Shown: in pieces, positions 26,601 through 37,539 of the stretch | Layout of the letters: every line of letters starts with the position of its first letter | Numbering within the stretch: the stretch's first letter is position 1 | Assembly: GCA_015680685.1 (NCBI GenBank) | Contig: MNCI01000532.1 | Coordinates: 92,707-156,706 of the forward strand | Reading direction: 5' to 3' | DNA: 64,000 bases | Source: Gnetum montanum | Lineage: Eukaryota > Plantae > Gnetophyta | Position numbers and translations under genes: made by a program | The notes under the pieces: generated by a model | Told to the model about the DNA's origin: nothing | What the model saw: the letters and a program-made list of their open reading frames with translations, nothing else | The model's database searches: none

Positions 26601-27150
26601 GGTGGTAAGATGGATATCATTGGCAATGGTCATATGGAATAAGGTTGAGTTATAAAGGATATTGATGAGGGTAAGAAGGTGGAATGGGATGTCAGTTGAG
26701 ATTGGTGTGTTGTGATAACGAGCATTAGGCTGAACATGGTAGGGTACAAGGGAGAAGACTGAGGAACCTAACTCATAGAACATATGGTAGGAATGGAGTT
26801 GAAAATGGTTTCCTCTAAGGCTAATTATTGGAAAAGGTCCCCTATGAAGGTATAAAGTTCATACTCTATCTCAAATTTGTCTTGGCCTTCCTAGTTTTAT
26901 TCTAAGCTAATTTCCTAACTTGCCTTATCATTGTCTACTAAGTGCACTAACATACATGTATGAAAGTTGGTTAGCTCAATTTAGTTATAGGGTGAAGGAG
27001 TATACTCCTTTTTGTTTCAATTGATGATCTCAAACTAGTGTTTGCACTTTGATTCTATGCATGGAATGAGGAGGCTAGCTTGTATCTTAGCAGAAATAAA
27101 TTTATAATATTTCTAATTAATGTTGGTATAATCTAGGACTTGTTACCACC
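23700..27150 (-). pseudogene. gag: gag-protease of element C
   Basis: ORFs 24133-24570, 24844-25044 and 25490-25696 match A gag/PR segments (LYDLFMTSLAHYKA; KDQSKYTKLPMKP; FNLILGRP). Confidence 0.85.
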
Positions 27151-27559
27151 ACATAAGGAATTAACTACACTCTATAATAGCTAGATCCCTAGGATCGTAA
27201 ATGCTAACATCTTGTTAGTTTGAGGACATGTGTCTTATGTTGTGTGGTAAAACCATAGAAATATGAAAAGGCATAAATGAAATAAGCCTAAATTATTATG
27301 TAACATGGTAAAGGTCTTACCTATTTTTTAATGGGATTTAAAGCTTCTGATGTGTGAGACTTCCAATGTATGAAAATCTCAGTGTGTGGACTCTTAGTGT
27401 GTGGGACTCTTAGCATTTGGAACTTCTAGCATATAAGGGTGTAGCTTGTGAGATTTTTAGCTTATGGAAATCTAACATGTAAGAGTTCCAACATGTGAAA
27501 ATATAGCTTAAAGAAAAGGACTCTAGCTTGTGGGAGTTATAACAGGCATAAGCTGTAGT

Positions 27560-29359
27560 TGAAACACAACAAAATTTTGGGTCTCAGCATCTCGACTGTA
27601 AATTTGGCTAAGTGTCAAAACAGTGGCACTTTGCCCAAATTTTTCTAAGTGTTGAGTGTAGTCAGCTCCAATTGCTAGATTTGCAAAATTTTTGTAAGTG
27701 TCAAAATGATGACACTTTCTGCAAATTTGTGTAAGTGTTAAAACTTAAAAAAAATTTCTAAGTGTTGGTGGTATGCTTCATAGCATAGCTAGTGTAGCAT
27801 TCATGAAGGCCTATTTTGCAAGAATTTTCTAAGTGTCAACAATAGTTGCATGAAAATTTCTCTAAGTGTTGTGCTATGCTCCCATTTTCTCTACTATGCT
27901 CTAGAGTGTAGCGAATGTAGCTAGCATGGGCTACCAGTTTTGCAAAATTTCTTATAACTACTGAGTTACATGTCCCACGTGTAACATGGGATGAGTGTAG
28001 CAAGCTACAGAATTTTCTAAGTGTTGTGCTATGCTTCCATTGCCCCTGCTACACTCTAGAGTGTAGCTATTGTAGCACACCTTTCAATGGCTAGTTTTTC
28101 CTAAGTATCAAACAAGAAGTTGTCAAGCTAGCTTAGCATGGAAGAAGCATTTAGTAGATTTTCTAACTCTTGAGGCTACCTCTCTTTCTACACTCCAAAG
28201 TGTAGCCACCGTAGCAAGAACAAGGATGAAATTCTTCACCAGATTCTTCTTAGTGTCTCTGCTATGTCCTATTCCCATCCAGTGTCCTATGTCCTACACA
28301 TAACATGGGATGAGTGTAGCAGCCAACATCCTGTGTCTTGTACATAACAGGGGATGAGCATAGCAGCCAACATTCCATGTCCCACATGTAACATGGGATG
28401 AGCATAGTAGCCAATGTCTCATATCTTGCACGTAACATGGGATGAGTGTGAAAGCTAGTGTCCCATGTCCCATGCCTAACATGGAACAAGTGTAGTGGCT
28501 AGAGTTAGAAAAATTTTGAACTTTTTCTAGTCACCTCCAGACTTAGAATTTTTTTTGAATTTTTCTTATGGTCCCACCTATCGCACTACCACGTGGTGCC
28601 CAATCTACATTTTGGGCTAGCCTTAGCCCTATAAATACCCGTATGTCCTAATGTTTTAGGGGGGCTTCCATTTTTCACCAATGGGATAGTTGGCATTTTC
28701 ATTTGACATTTGGTACTTTGGCATCTTGGCACTTAGCTCCATGGACAAACAAGACCTAGAGCACACTGCACCAGCAAAGAGGTAGTCCTATACCGCATAG
28801 TAAACTGTAGCCCTATTGTAGCTCTATAGAACGCTACAAGCTACACCATGGCAACCAACCCGGTAGGCACAGTCATCACAGTGAGCACCAAGCTTCATAG
28901 CCCGGCATCACCGAGATAGTGACTACACTCCCACTACTCCTGTTATACACCATGTACCTTTTGAGACCTATTTGGAATTAGCTACGCTTCCCTTTTTGGG
29001 GTGGTGCACTTCTGTTCTCAAATTCTATTGCATTTCTCAGGCATTTCTCTTTGGTATTTAGTGTAACACTTATATTTTCTCACTTTTTCATATGTATTTG
29101 CACGTTTACATCATAGTTCTTAGGTTGGGATACCCCGCTACACTCTAACTTAGCCAGACCCGATGCCCACACGTAACACAGTATAAACCCTTCTCACACA
29201 TGGTCATTCTAACACCATGTAAGTCCCTATTTGATTGACCAAACTGTTTAGGGCACCTCATTTTCATTTCCCTAGCATGGCCCTTGCATGGATTTAGTGT
29301 TAGGCTGCATGCCCATGGATCTCTTGGTGTTCTAGCCACCGATGTTTTTAGACGTCACA
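27560..29359 (+). mobile_element. Solo LTR (1.8 kb) inserted in the 5' UTR of C
   Basis: TGAAACAC...GTCACA termini; flanks gtagt/atagt (TSD with one transition); TATA ccctataaata at ~28628; it splits a 16-bp-period repeat tract of C. Confidence 0.75.
28280..28500. repeat. 44-bp tandem repeat x5 with internal hairpin
   Basis: taacatgggatgag-like motif at 28301, 28345, 28389, 28433, 28477; tcccatgt/acatggga inverted pair; one isolated copy at ~27970. Confidence 0.9.
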
Positions 29360-29809
29360 ATAGTTTGTGGAGCTACAGCTTGTGGGAGTCTCAATGTGTG
29401 AAGTTTCAACATATGAGGCTTTAATGTGTGAATTGCAATTGTAATGAGAAATTTTCAAAAAAATTTCTAATGTGTAACAATGTTTAGAAAAATAGAAATG
29501 AGTTGTAACATGCATAATACAACACTAAGAAATTAAGAATTGTAAGCACAAGAAATAGGAAAACCCACAAACATTGCAATTATAAAAATAAATGCCATAT
29601 TAAAAACTAATTTTTAATTTTCCAAGTATAGGAAACTAAGATAGCACTATGTATTGTAATAGTAAAAAATCATGGTAAAAGCCTTGTTTTGGTAGGGTTG
29701 GATTTTAGCTTACACATTGGATTTGAGAAAATCTAAAATATTTTCTTATAATAAAATAATACAATGAAACTTTGGTGTAAATGAATTTAGTAAAGAATTT
29801 AGGTGGAGG

Positions 29810-29826
29810 CCCTCCCTCTAGCATCA
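29810..29826 (-). promoter_or_regulatory. Primer binding site of C
   Basis: TGATGCTAGAGGGAGGG just inside the LTR end; same motif as 43764-43780. Cognate tRNA not determined. Confidence 0.65.
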
Positions 29827-29831
29827 GAAAC

Positions 29832-31034
29832 TGTAATGACCAAAAAATTTGGCACTAGAAGAACTGAAAATTCTAGAGCAAAAAAATTTATCTTTGGATC
29901 CATGGATCTTGAAAAGGATTTGAAGGACCTCAAATAGTCTTGTTGATCACTTGAGAACTTGAAGAATTTGTTACCAAGTATTATGAAAGTGAAAGAATAC
30001 AAGCATAAATGTATAAACACACAGCTGAATCCAACACTAACAAGAAGACAAAAATAGAGCAAAATGATCTAGATAAACAAAGAAAACTACAAAATTTCTA
30101 ATAAATATTATGAAAAATAGTTGAAACAAGTTTTGGATTGTATAGATCAAGGTTATTATAGCCTAGGAATATGAAATTTATTTAGAACTTGTTGTAGGAG
30201 GTAGGATCTATTCCACATTAATTTGCACTAGTCTCCTAAACCAATCTACATTGGGGTGATTGCTATTGTAGGTTTTGTTACTTTAGTGATGAAGGCTATG
30301 ATCTTTTATATTTTCCTCTACTCCAAATGTCTCAAGTTCATCTAAAAGAAAAATGATCCAAAAGTCCTCAAAATGATGCAAACTTTAGTTTAAATAGGCT
30401 ATTAACATCTTGATTTCTTGTTGGTTGATTTTGCTATGATTGCTACCAAATTTTGCAATATTTTGGACACTTTTGGTGGCCAAAATCTATAGCGTATAAT
30501 TCACTAGCATTTTTGACTTTTTGATCTTAAAATACCAACATGTGAAGCACTTTTCATCATCCAAAACTATAGTGTGTGGATCACCAACATGTGAAGCACT
30601 TTTCATCATCCAAAACTATAGTGTGTGGATCACCAACATGTGAAGCATTTCCAGCCATATTTGGCTATGTATTTAGGTAATTTTTAGGGCCCAAATTTTC
30701 TACACATGGGTTGCCAATGTGAGATTTTCTTTGCCAAATTTGGTGACGTTTTGAGCTATTTTCATGACCTAAAGTTACAGCTTTTGAACCACCAACGTTT
30801 TTTGCATTGGCTGCCAAATTTTGCAATGTGTCTAGCATTTTGTGCTTCCACATGTTGGCACAAGTGAAAATTACAGTGTGTGGGCTATAAGTTATACTTT
30901 TACACATAAAAAACTATCAAAACATTACTAAATCAGGGTCATACAATAGGAATTTTTATGGGAAACAGGATAATCATTTTTGCCTTTAAATTTTCATAAA
31001 TTACAATATTTTTTTGGTTATAAAGGCTTTTACA
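29832..31034 (-). repeat. 5' LTR of element C (TG...CA)
   Basis: Minus strand starts TGTAAAAGCC (31034) and ends cattaCA (29832); its 3' end aligns with the LTR ends at 43620-43760 and 22930-23080. Confidence 0.7.
30534..30647. repeat. Perfect 49-bp tandem duplication (x2.3)
   Basis: accaacatgtgaagcacttttcatcatccaaaactatagtgtgtggatc repeated exactly. Confidence 0.95.
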
Positions 31035-31039
31035 TGAGT

Positions 31040-31617
31040 TTTCTTTAATATTTTTCATCTACTCATAATCAAATGTATTATAAACTCTTATGATATTTCC
31101 AAGATGTAGTTTGTTCATCATATAGATAATTTCTCCAAAGCTTAAGAGAAAATATGATGATACCAAGTTTTAAATCATGAGTTGGATAAATGGTTTCATG
31201 AGATTTTATCTATCTAGAAGCATAGACCGCTATCACATCATCTTTCATCAAAACAACACCTAGTCCTTCAACCAAAGCATCTATGTATACATCATAAGGT
31301 TTACTAGAAACTTGTGAGATCAGGATAGGTGCAAAAATTAATCTTTCTTTTAGCTCCTCAAAAGTCTTTTGACATACATATAACTAAGAAAAAATGTAGT
31401 CCTTCCTAAGTAGCTTGTATAAAGGTATTGCAATCTTAGAGAAATCCTCTACAAACTTATATAATATCTTGTTAAATCCAAGAAACTTCTAACTTCATTT
31501 ACCAAAGTTGGAACATGAAAGTTCTTAATTACTACTATTTTAGAAGGTTTCATGGATGTACTTGTTCTAGAAACCACATGACTAAGAAAAATCATCTCTA
31601 TCTTTGAAAATGCACAA
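31040..31617 (-). pseudogene. Chromovirus (Tekay/Del-like) RT C-terminus - RNase H fragment
   Basis: FLSHVVS...NEVRSFLDL...FSKIAIPLYKLLRK...FEELKERLIFAPIL...YIDA..GLGVVLM...YASR..HETIYPTHDL...LWRNYLY. Confidence 0.8.
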
Positions 31618-31682
31618 TTAGGATCATGTGCATAGAACTACCACTTCCTTAAGGCCTATATCATTGCTTTCAGATGTAGTGG

Positions 31683-34249
31683 TGATGTGAGACCTACATC
31701 GATAGACTTCAAAAGGATCCATTCAACAATCTTCCTAAGAAACATTGAACTTAGAAGGAAGAAAAAGATAGTGAATTGGAGAAAACTCCTCTTTTTATAT
31801 GAAAACTCTTAAAATGTAGAGAAGTACATTAGAGATGAGGAGCCAAGCTTAGCTTACATATCTCCCAAGGATCTTAGAGGCCACACATGTCCCCTCTCAA
31901 TTCTTAATTGTTCATAATGGAGCTAAAGCTCAAGATAAGAAACTTATAAGAGATTCTCTCAACCTCTCTTAAGTGCTATCCCTTGCCTCTCACTTAAACT
32001 CTTCTTGCACAAGCTTTCAAGAGACCTCTCAAATATCTATTTTCTCTCTCTTACCTAAACTCAAGCATTGGACTCTTATTTATAGCTTCTTGATATTTCC
32101 TTTCATCTTTCCTTCAATTTACCATTCAATTTGATGTCTATTACATTCTCTACTAGACATCTTGAAAAAATAGTAGACATCTTTCCCAAGTGTAGAGATG
32201 TCAGATTAGATGTCTTGAAATTACGTTAGACATCTAGTATATAGCTTAGATGTCTAACTATGAGGATAGATTTCTAACCTACTAGGGCCCAAATTAAAGA
32301 TGCTTATTTTGAGGATTGGAACCTCTAGACACCTCCAAACAAGTTCCCACAGCCCTTGGAACCTCCTAGACTCATTAAGATGAGTTCAAAATGCTTCCAA
32401 ACATGACAAAACACATTGGAATCATCATCAAACATCAAACATATCCAAGATACATTAAGGAGTACACAAAGGTTGGATTATTTCCTCATCATCTCTCCCA
32501 CTCTTAAAATATTATGCTCAATGACCTTTCACAAGTTAGAATGCCCATGTCCCCATGACTCAAGGTCATCATACTTGGCACAACAATTAAAACTTAATGC
32601 ATCAAAAACATAAGAATGAGTATGAGTTGAGGTTTTTATTTTGAGATTCCCTTGCTCATGGAGGCTTGCCCTCATGACCCATCCTACTTTCTTCATTTGA
32701 ACATCTCCTTAGAATGATTTTCTTGTATCCTCATGATGACTTAAACCTATAACAAATGAAGAATAAGAAAAAGCAAAAAGATTAGGATTCCTTAATCCAA
32801 CATATTTTTTTTCCTTCTTTTTCCTTTACATTACCTTCTTTTGATTGGTATTTTAAAGACTCTTATATAGCTCCCTTTCACCATTAGCATCACAACAACT
32901 TGGATTGTCTTCATGTTGCCCATCCATTTCACAGCCAAGATAATAAAATTCATCACTATCAATGTTCTCACCAACATTAATAATTATCTTCTCATAATGA
33001 ATATTCGAATAGCCATCATCATCAAAAAAATTATCATTATTAGTCTTCCTCTCACTAACAATGACATCAAAATTCATAACATACCTCTTATTCTCATCAC
33101 CATCACCACAATGTGCTCATCATTACCATTAAACAAATCACTATCAAGATGAATTGAAAACCTAGCATCCATCACATTGGCTTCAACATGAGTGACATTA
33201 CTACCATCAATAAGGTAAATCTTAGGCTTACTTACCTCTTCATGGCTTTGCCCATCCATCTTTGATTCAACTTGTCTTCAACATGTGGTTTTCCAATTTG
33301 TTCAAAGCTTGCAGTTTCAAGATTCCAAATAGAATTTCCCAATTCCAATGGCTTATCCTCTTTAAAGGAATCATCAACAAGCTCTTCATTCCATTTGAAG
33401 ATACGAACTTAAAAAATAAACTCTCCTCCATGGTTTTAACATCAAATTCATCAAAAACATCATCAATGTAATCATTCTTCCAAATACCTTAGCTAGAAGA
33501 CTCACCTATCTCTCATGAAATAACCTTAACTTGGCTTAGAATCTCATGTCCCTTACCACAAGGAATAGAAAAATTTCAAAAAGTATGAGTACCATACCTT
33601 CTAGTGCTATCTTTGATCTTCCTTCCAATCCTTAGTTTCTCACAATGGAGCTAAAGCTTAAGATAAGACACTTATAAGAGATTTTGTCAACCTCTCTCAA
33701 GTGCTCTCCCTTACCTCTCACTTAAACTCTTCTTGCATAAGCTCTCTTATAACAAAATCTTTCAAGAGACCTCTCAAATATCTCTTCTCCCTCTCTTTCC
33801 GAAACTAAAGCTTTGGACCCTTATTTATATCTTCTTGGTATGACCTTTCATCTTCCCTGCAATTTTCCATATAATTTGATGTCCATTAAATTCAATGCTA
33901 GACATCTTGGAGAAATAGTAGACATCTTTCCTGAGTGTAGAGATGTTAGACTAAACATCTTGAAATCAAGTTAGATGTCTAGTATTCATCTTAGACATCT
34001 AACTATCAGGGTAGACACCTAACTTGCCAGGCCAAAATTAAATATGCTTGTTTTGATTTCTAGAATCTCCAAACACCTCCAAACAAGTCCCCATGCCCTT
34101 GGAACCTCCTAGACTTATCAAAATAATTCCAAAACACATCCAAACATAGATAAACACCTTAGAATAATCATCAAAATATAACATAAGAAGATACACCCAT
34201 ATCCAAGATACATTAAGGATTACACAAGAGCTAGGTGATGTCCTTATCA
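31683..34249 (-). mobile_element. Element F: non-autonomous LTR element (2567 bp) with TSD AGTGG
   Basis: AGTGG at 31678-31682 and 34250-34254; LTR 31683-32491 (TGATG...CATCA); PPT ttttaagagtgggagaga on the minus strand; second LTR ~33615-34249 lacks one end; no gag/pol core. Confidence 0.85.
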
Positions 34250-35719
34250 AGTGGACTTTGTTGACATAGCCTCATGGATGCAACATTAATGTGTACAAAA
34301 ATAGTATAAATACATGCACTTTACCAAATTCTCATCATTTCTACTTAAAATAAAAATATTTTTTTATCATTTTCTAGAGTACAAACCTTTCGAAAACTAT
34401 ATCATATGATCAAGACTCTGCTTTGACCTATTTAAACACTTATGAGCTCCTATAATTAAGCTCTACATCATAGGGGCAACAAAATCATGATTTGAAATCT
34501 TTCTAACATTGTAAATATGAAAATCCTAGGTAGATAAATTTAAAATAACATAAATTAACTAATAATTAAGGTAATTTAGTCATCTTAGAACTTCAAAACA
34601 TAAAAATGCAATTGCTCAAGGACTTAAATATGAAAATTCTTTAGAATCTAGCTATTACAAAGTTTGATTAAGAAATAGATTATTATGAAATAATTCAAAA
34701 TTCAATAATTGATATTGAGAATGATTGTAGATAGCACCAAAATGTATTCTAGAGGGAGGAGATGCATGATAGCCTAGGGAAAATAAACTAAGAGGTGTGT
34801 TTGGATGATAATCTAGATAGAATTAAGAACAACAAGCATCCCATGGAGTGAGAGTTACAAGGGAAGACCAAGAAGTAGAATATTTTTGATAGATTCCCAT
34901 AGTTAGCACTAGTTAATCTACGTAAGATGAGACATTCTATCCATAACCAAATATCAAGGTGACCCTCATGGAAGCATCAATTACAAAAATTAGGATGAAA
35001 GAAGTTTAAAGTACAGTTCTCAAATGTCTAGCTTTAAACTGTTCTAGAAGTTCATGGGTAATTGCAAAAATCTCCTATTTAGCCTAGCATTTTAACAAAT
35101 GGAAATTGGTATTTGAGCAAGAGATATCTTTCTTAAAAAAATTTCAAGAATTTGTATTTATCAAGATTAAAGACATTACCATATCTTCATTAATGCTATT
35201 ACCTAGGCCTTGGATATTTCTAATGTTGGGAAAAAGGTTGCTAAAGTTTTTATTAAATTAGATGATGATATGAAAACTAAATGGATGTAAAAAACCTATT
35301 GTATGGATAAGGAAGAGTATGTCTTCATAACCTAAGTAGAGAAGGTATATTTTAAGATTATCATGTATCATATCAATTCCATAGTTTGACCTAGCAAATT
35401 CACATCCTTCTTTGCAAGGGAATATGTAGATCTTAGTGGAAAGTTTGTAGTAAACCTACTTAATTTGATCTTCTTAAAGATCAAAAAGTAATTTAAGGAA
35501 AATGAAGGACGTAGGAAGACATTCCTCTTTTCATGTGTAATTTGAAAACTCTATTGAAGGGGAGGAATTACTTGATATGCTAATGATGTTCTTCATAGGG
35601 TATTAATAACTTCTTGGCAAGAGATGATGAAAGTGAAATCATCTCTTAGACTCCAAAAAAGAACCATAGCTACCAAACACCATAGTAGTAATAACATTAA
35701 GTTTAGTTAAAACTATCAT

Positions 35720-36740
35720 GATCCAAGTGTTCTACCCACTTTGCATTTTTTAGCTTGAGTTGGAGACTTGACTATGCTTTATGATTTTTTAGCACTTGAA
35801 GTCATTTTGGCCATGTCATTTTGGCTCCATTGTTCTTTTCAATATTTGATGTTAGTTTCAACATCAAATCTGATTCCATGTTAGCTTTAACATTTAGTGT
35901 TAGAATTCACTTTTGATATTCTCTATTAGCTTTTTGATGTCTCATGTCAATTTCATCTTCGTTGTCTAGAGTTAGAACTTCAAATATCTTTTTGGTAGCA
36001 TATGTTAGACTTTCAACATTTAGTATTAATTTTCATTTGTAGCTGTGACATTTTGTGTTAAATTTACTTGTGACATCATGCATCAAATTTTCAATGTCCA
36101 ATGTTAATTTCATATTTAATGTTTGATGTTAGATTACTATATTTTGATGTTCTACATCACATTAGTTTTGACATCTTGTGTCAAATATTTCATTGTCTTA
36201 TGTGAAATTTACTTTTGATGTTTGATGATAATCTTCAATTTCATCTTTTGATGTTTTGCATGAGAATTTTGATGTTTGACATCAAACTTTGTAACATGTA
36301 TTATTTCTTCTATTTAGAACCTTTTGGAAGCTTTTAGAAGTTTCTATGAGCCCCACTGTAGTGTTCCTACATGGTCTATAAGGCATTTTAGGCCTACAAA
36401 TAGGAGAATACCCTTCAATGTAACTAGTTAGCATCTATAATCATTTGACTAGCATTTTAAATTTTTATATAGAGCTTAATAATTCTTTGCTTTCAAGAGA
36501 TTTTTTTGTTAGTTCACCTCTCTTTTGCTTTATCTCTTTCTCACTTGTTGATATATTGTATCCATTTCATGCTAAGAATTAGATCAATACATTGATTTGA
36601 ACTTACTTCTACAATTTTTAGTTGCTAGATTTTCTTTTATTCCTATTGTATTTGTAGTAGTGCACTCATTGGAGTAAGAATGGGGTAACATTGCTCCTTA
36701 GTAGATGCTTTTGATCTTCGATACACATCGAGAAACACAC
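35720..36740 (+). repeat. Probable decayed LTR upstream of gag G, with a TTTGA(C/T)(G/A)T motif array
   Basis: Motif-rich U3-like tract 35800-36290, TATA-like cctacaaatagg at ~36393, pyrimidine-rich R/U5-like tract; termini and PBS not resolved. Confidence 0.4.
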
Positions 36741-37539
36741 TTTTGCAGGTTCCTTTCCCTTTTCCTATGAATTTGGGTTTTCTATTTTGTGATCTTTTGT
36801 CTTTGGGTTTTCCTAGATTTCTCTTTAGATATATTCTATTTGCATTTTTCTTCTTGGTTTGCATGCATTCACTAATAAATATAATTCTTTTCAACATTAT
36901 TTTTGAATGTTGTCACTATCAATCATGATTTTATATTATGTTACATTTTCCTTGAGCCTAGATGTTTTCTATAGGGTAATTTTCATATGTGCAATACCTT
37001 TCTGCTTAGTAACCACTAACATTGACAAAATGTCTAACTTAGGTTACTAGATTTATTCTTTAGTCCCCAAGTCATCTTTCAATTTGAGAAAGACTTTTTG
37101 AAAGGTTAGTTTTTCTTAGACTATTTGGTGACCACAAATTCCCTAGCTTAGTTTCATATAGGCTGTGTCAATTTTTACTTGTCACAATGATTCCTACTAT
37201 ACCATCTTTGACACTAGAAGGACTTTTGGAGAATTGAACATTTTTCTAGTATTGTTCTCTATTCTAACTTTGTTACATTTTTTGCATCTTTGGATGTTCT
37301 ACTATTTTTTTTATGCTTTTTCACCAAGTTCTATTGATGTCTGATCAACACATAGATATCATGTCATTTCTTTTCTCTGACCTTTGTGTTATTATTTTGA
37401 ATAAAATTTCTATCACCAACTTTTTTTGACATGTAGCATCAAAACTTTTGATATTGCATTGAAAGTATGAGATTTCAACATTTTCCTAGAAATTGATGTC
37501 TTTTATCTTTTCTTCTATGTAAACCTATTTTATGGGATA

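Larger units (their letters stand above)
23081..31034 (-). mobile_element. Element C: 5' half of a related Tat/Ogre-type element (LTR, PBS, UTR, gag, PR, start of spacer)
   Basis: Minus-strand homology to gag-PR of A; LTR and PBS at the right end; truncated at the right LTR of A. Confidence 0.8.
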
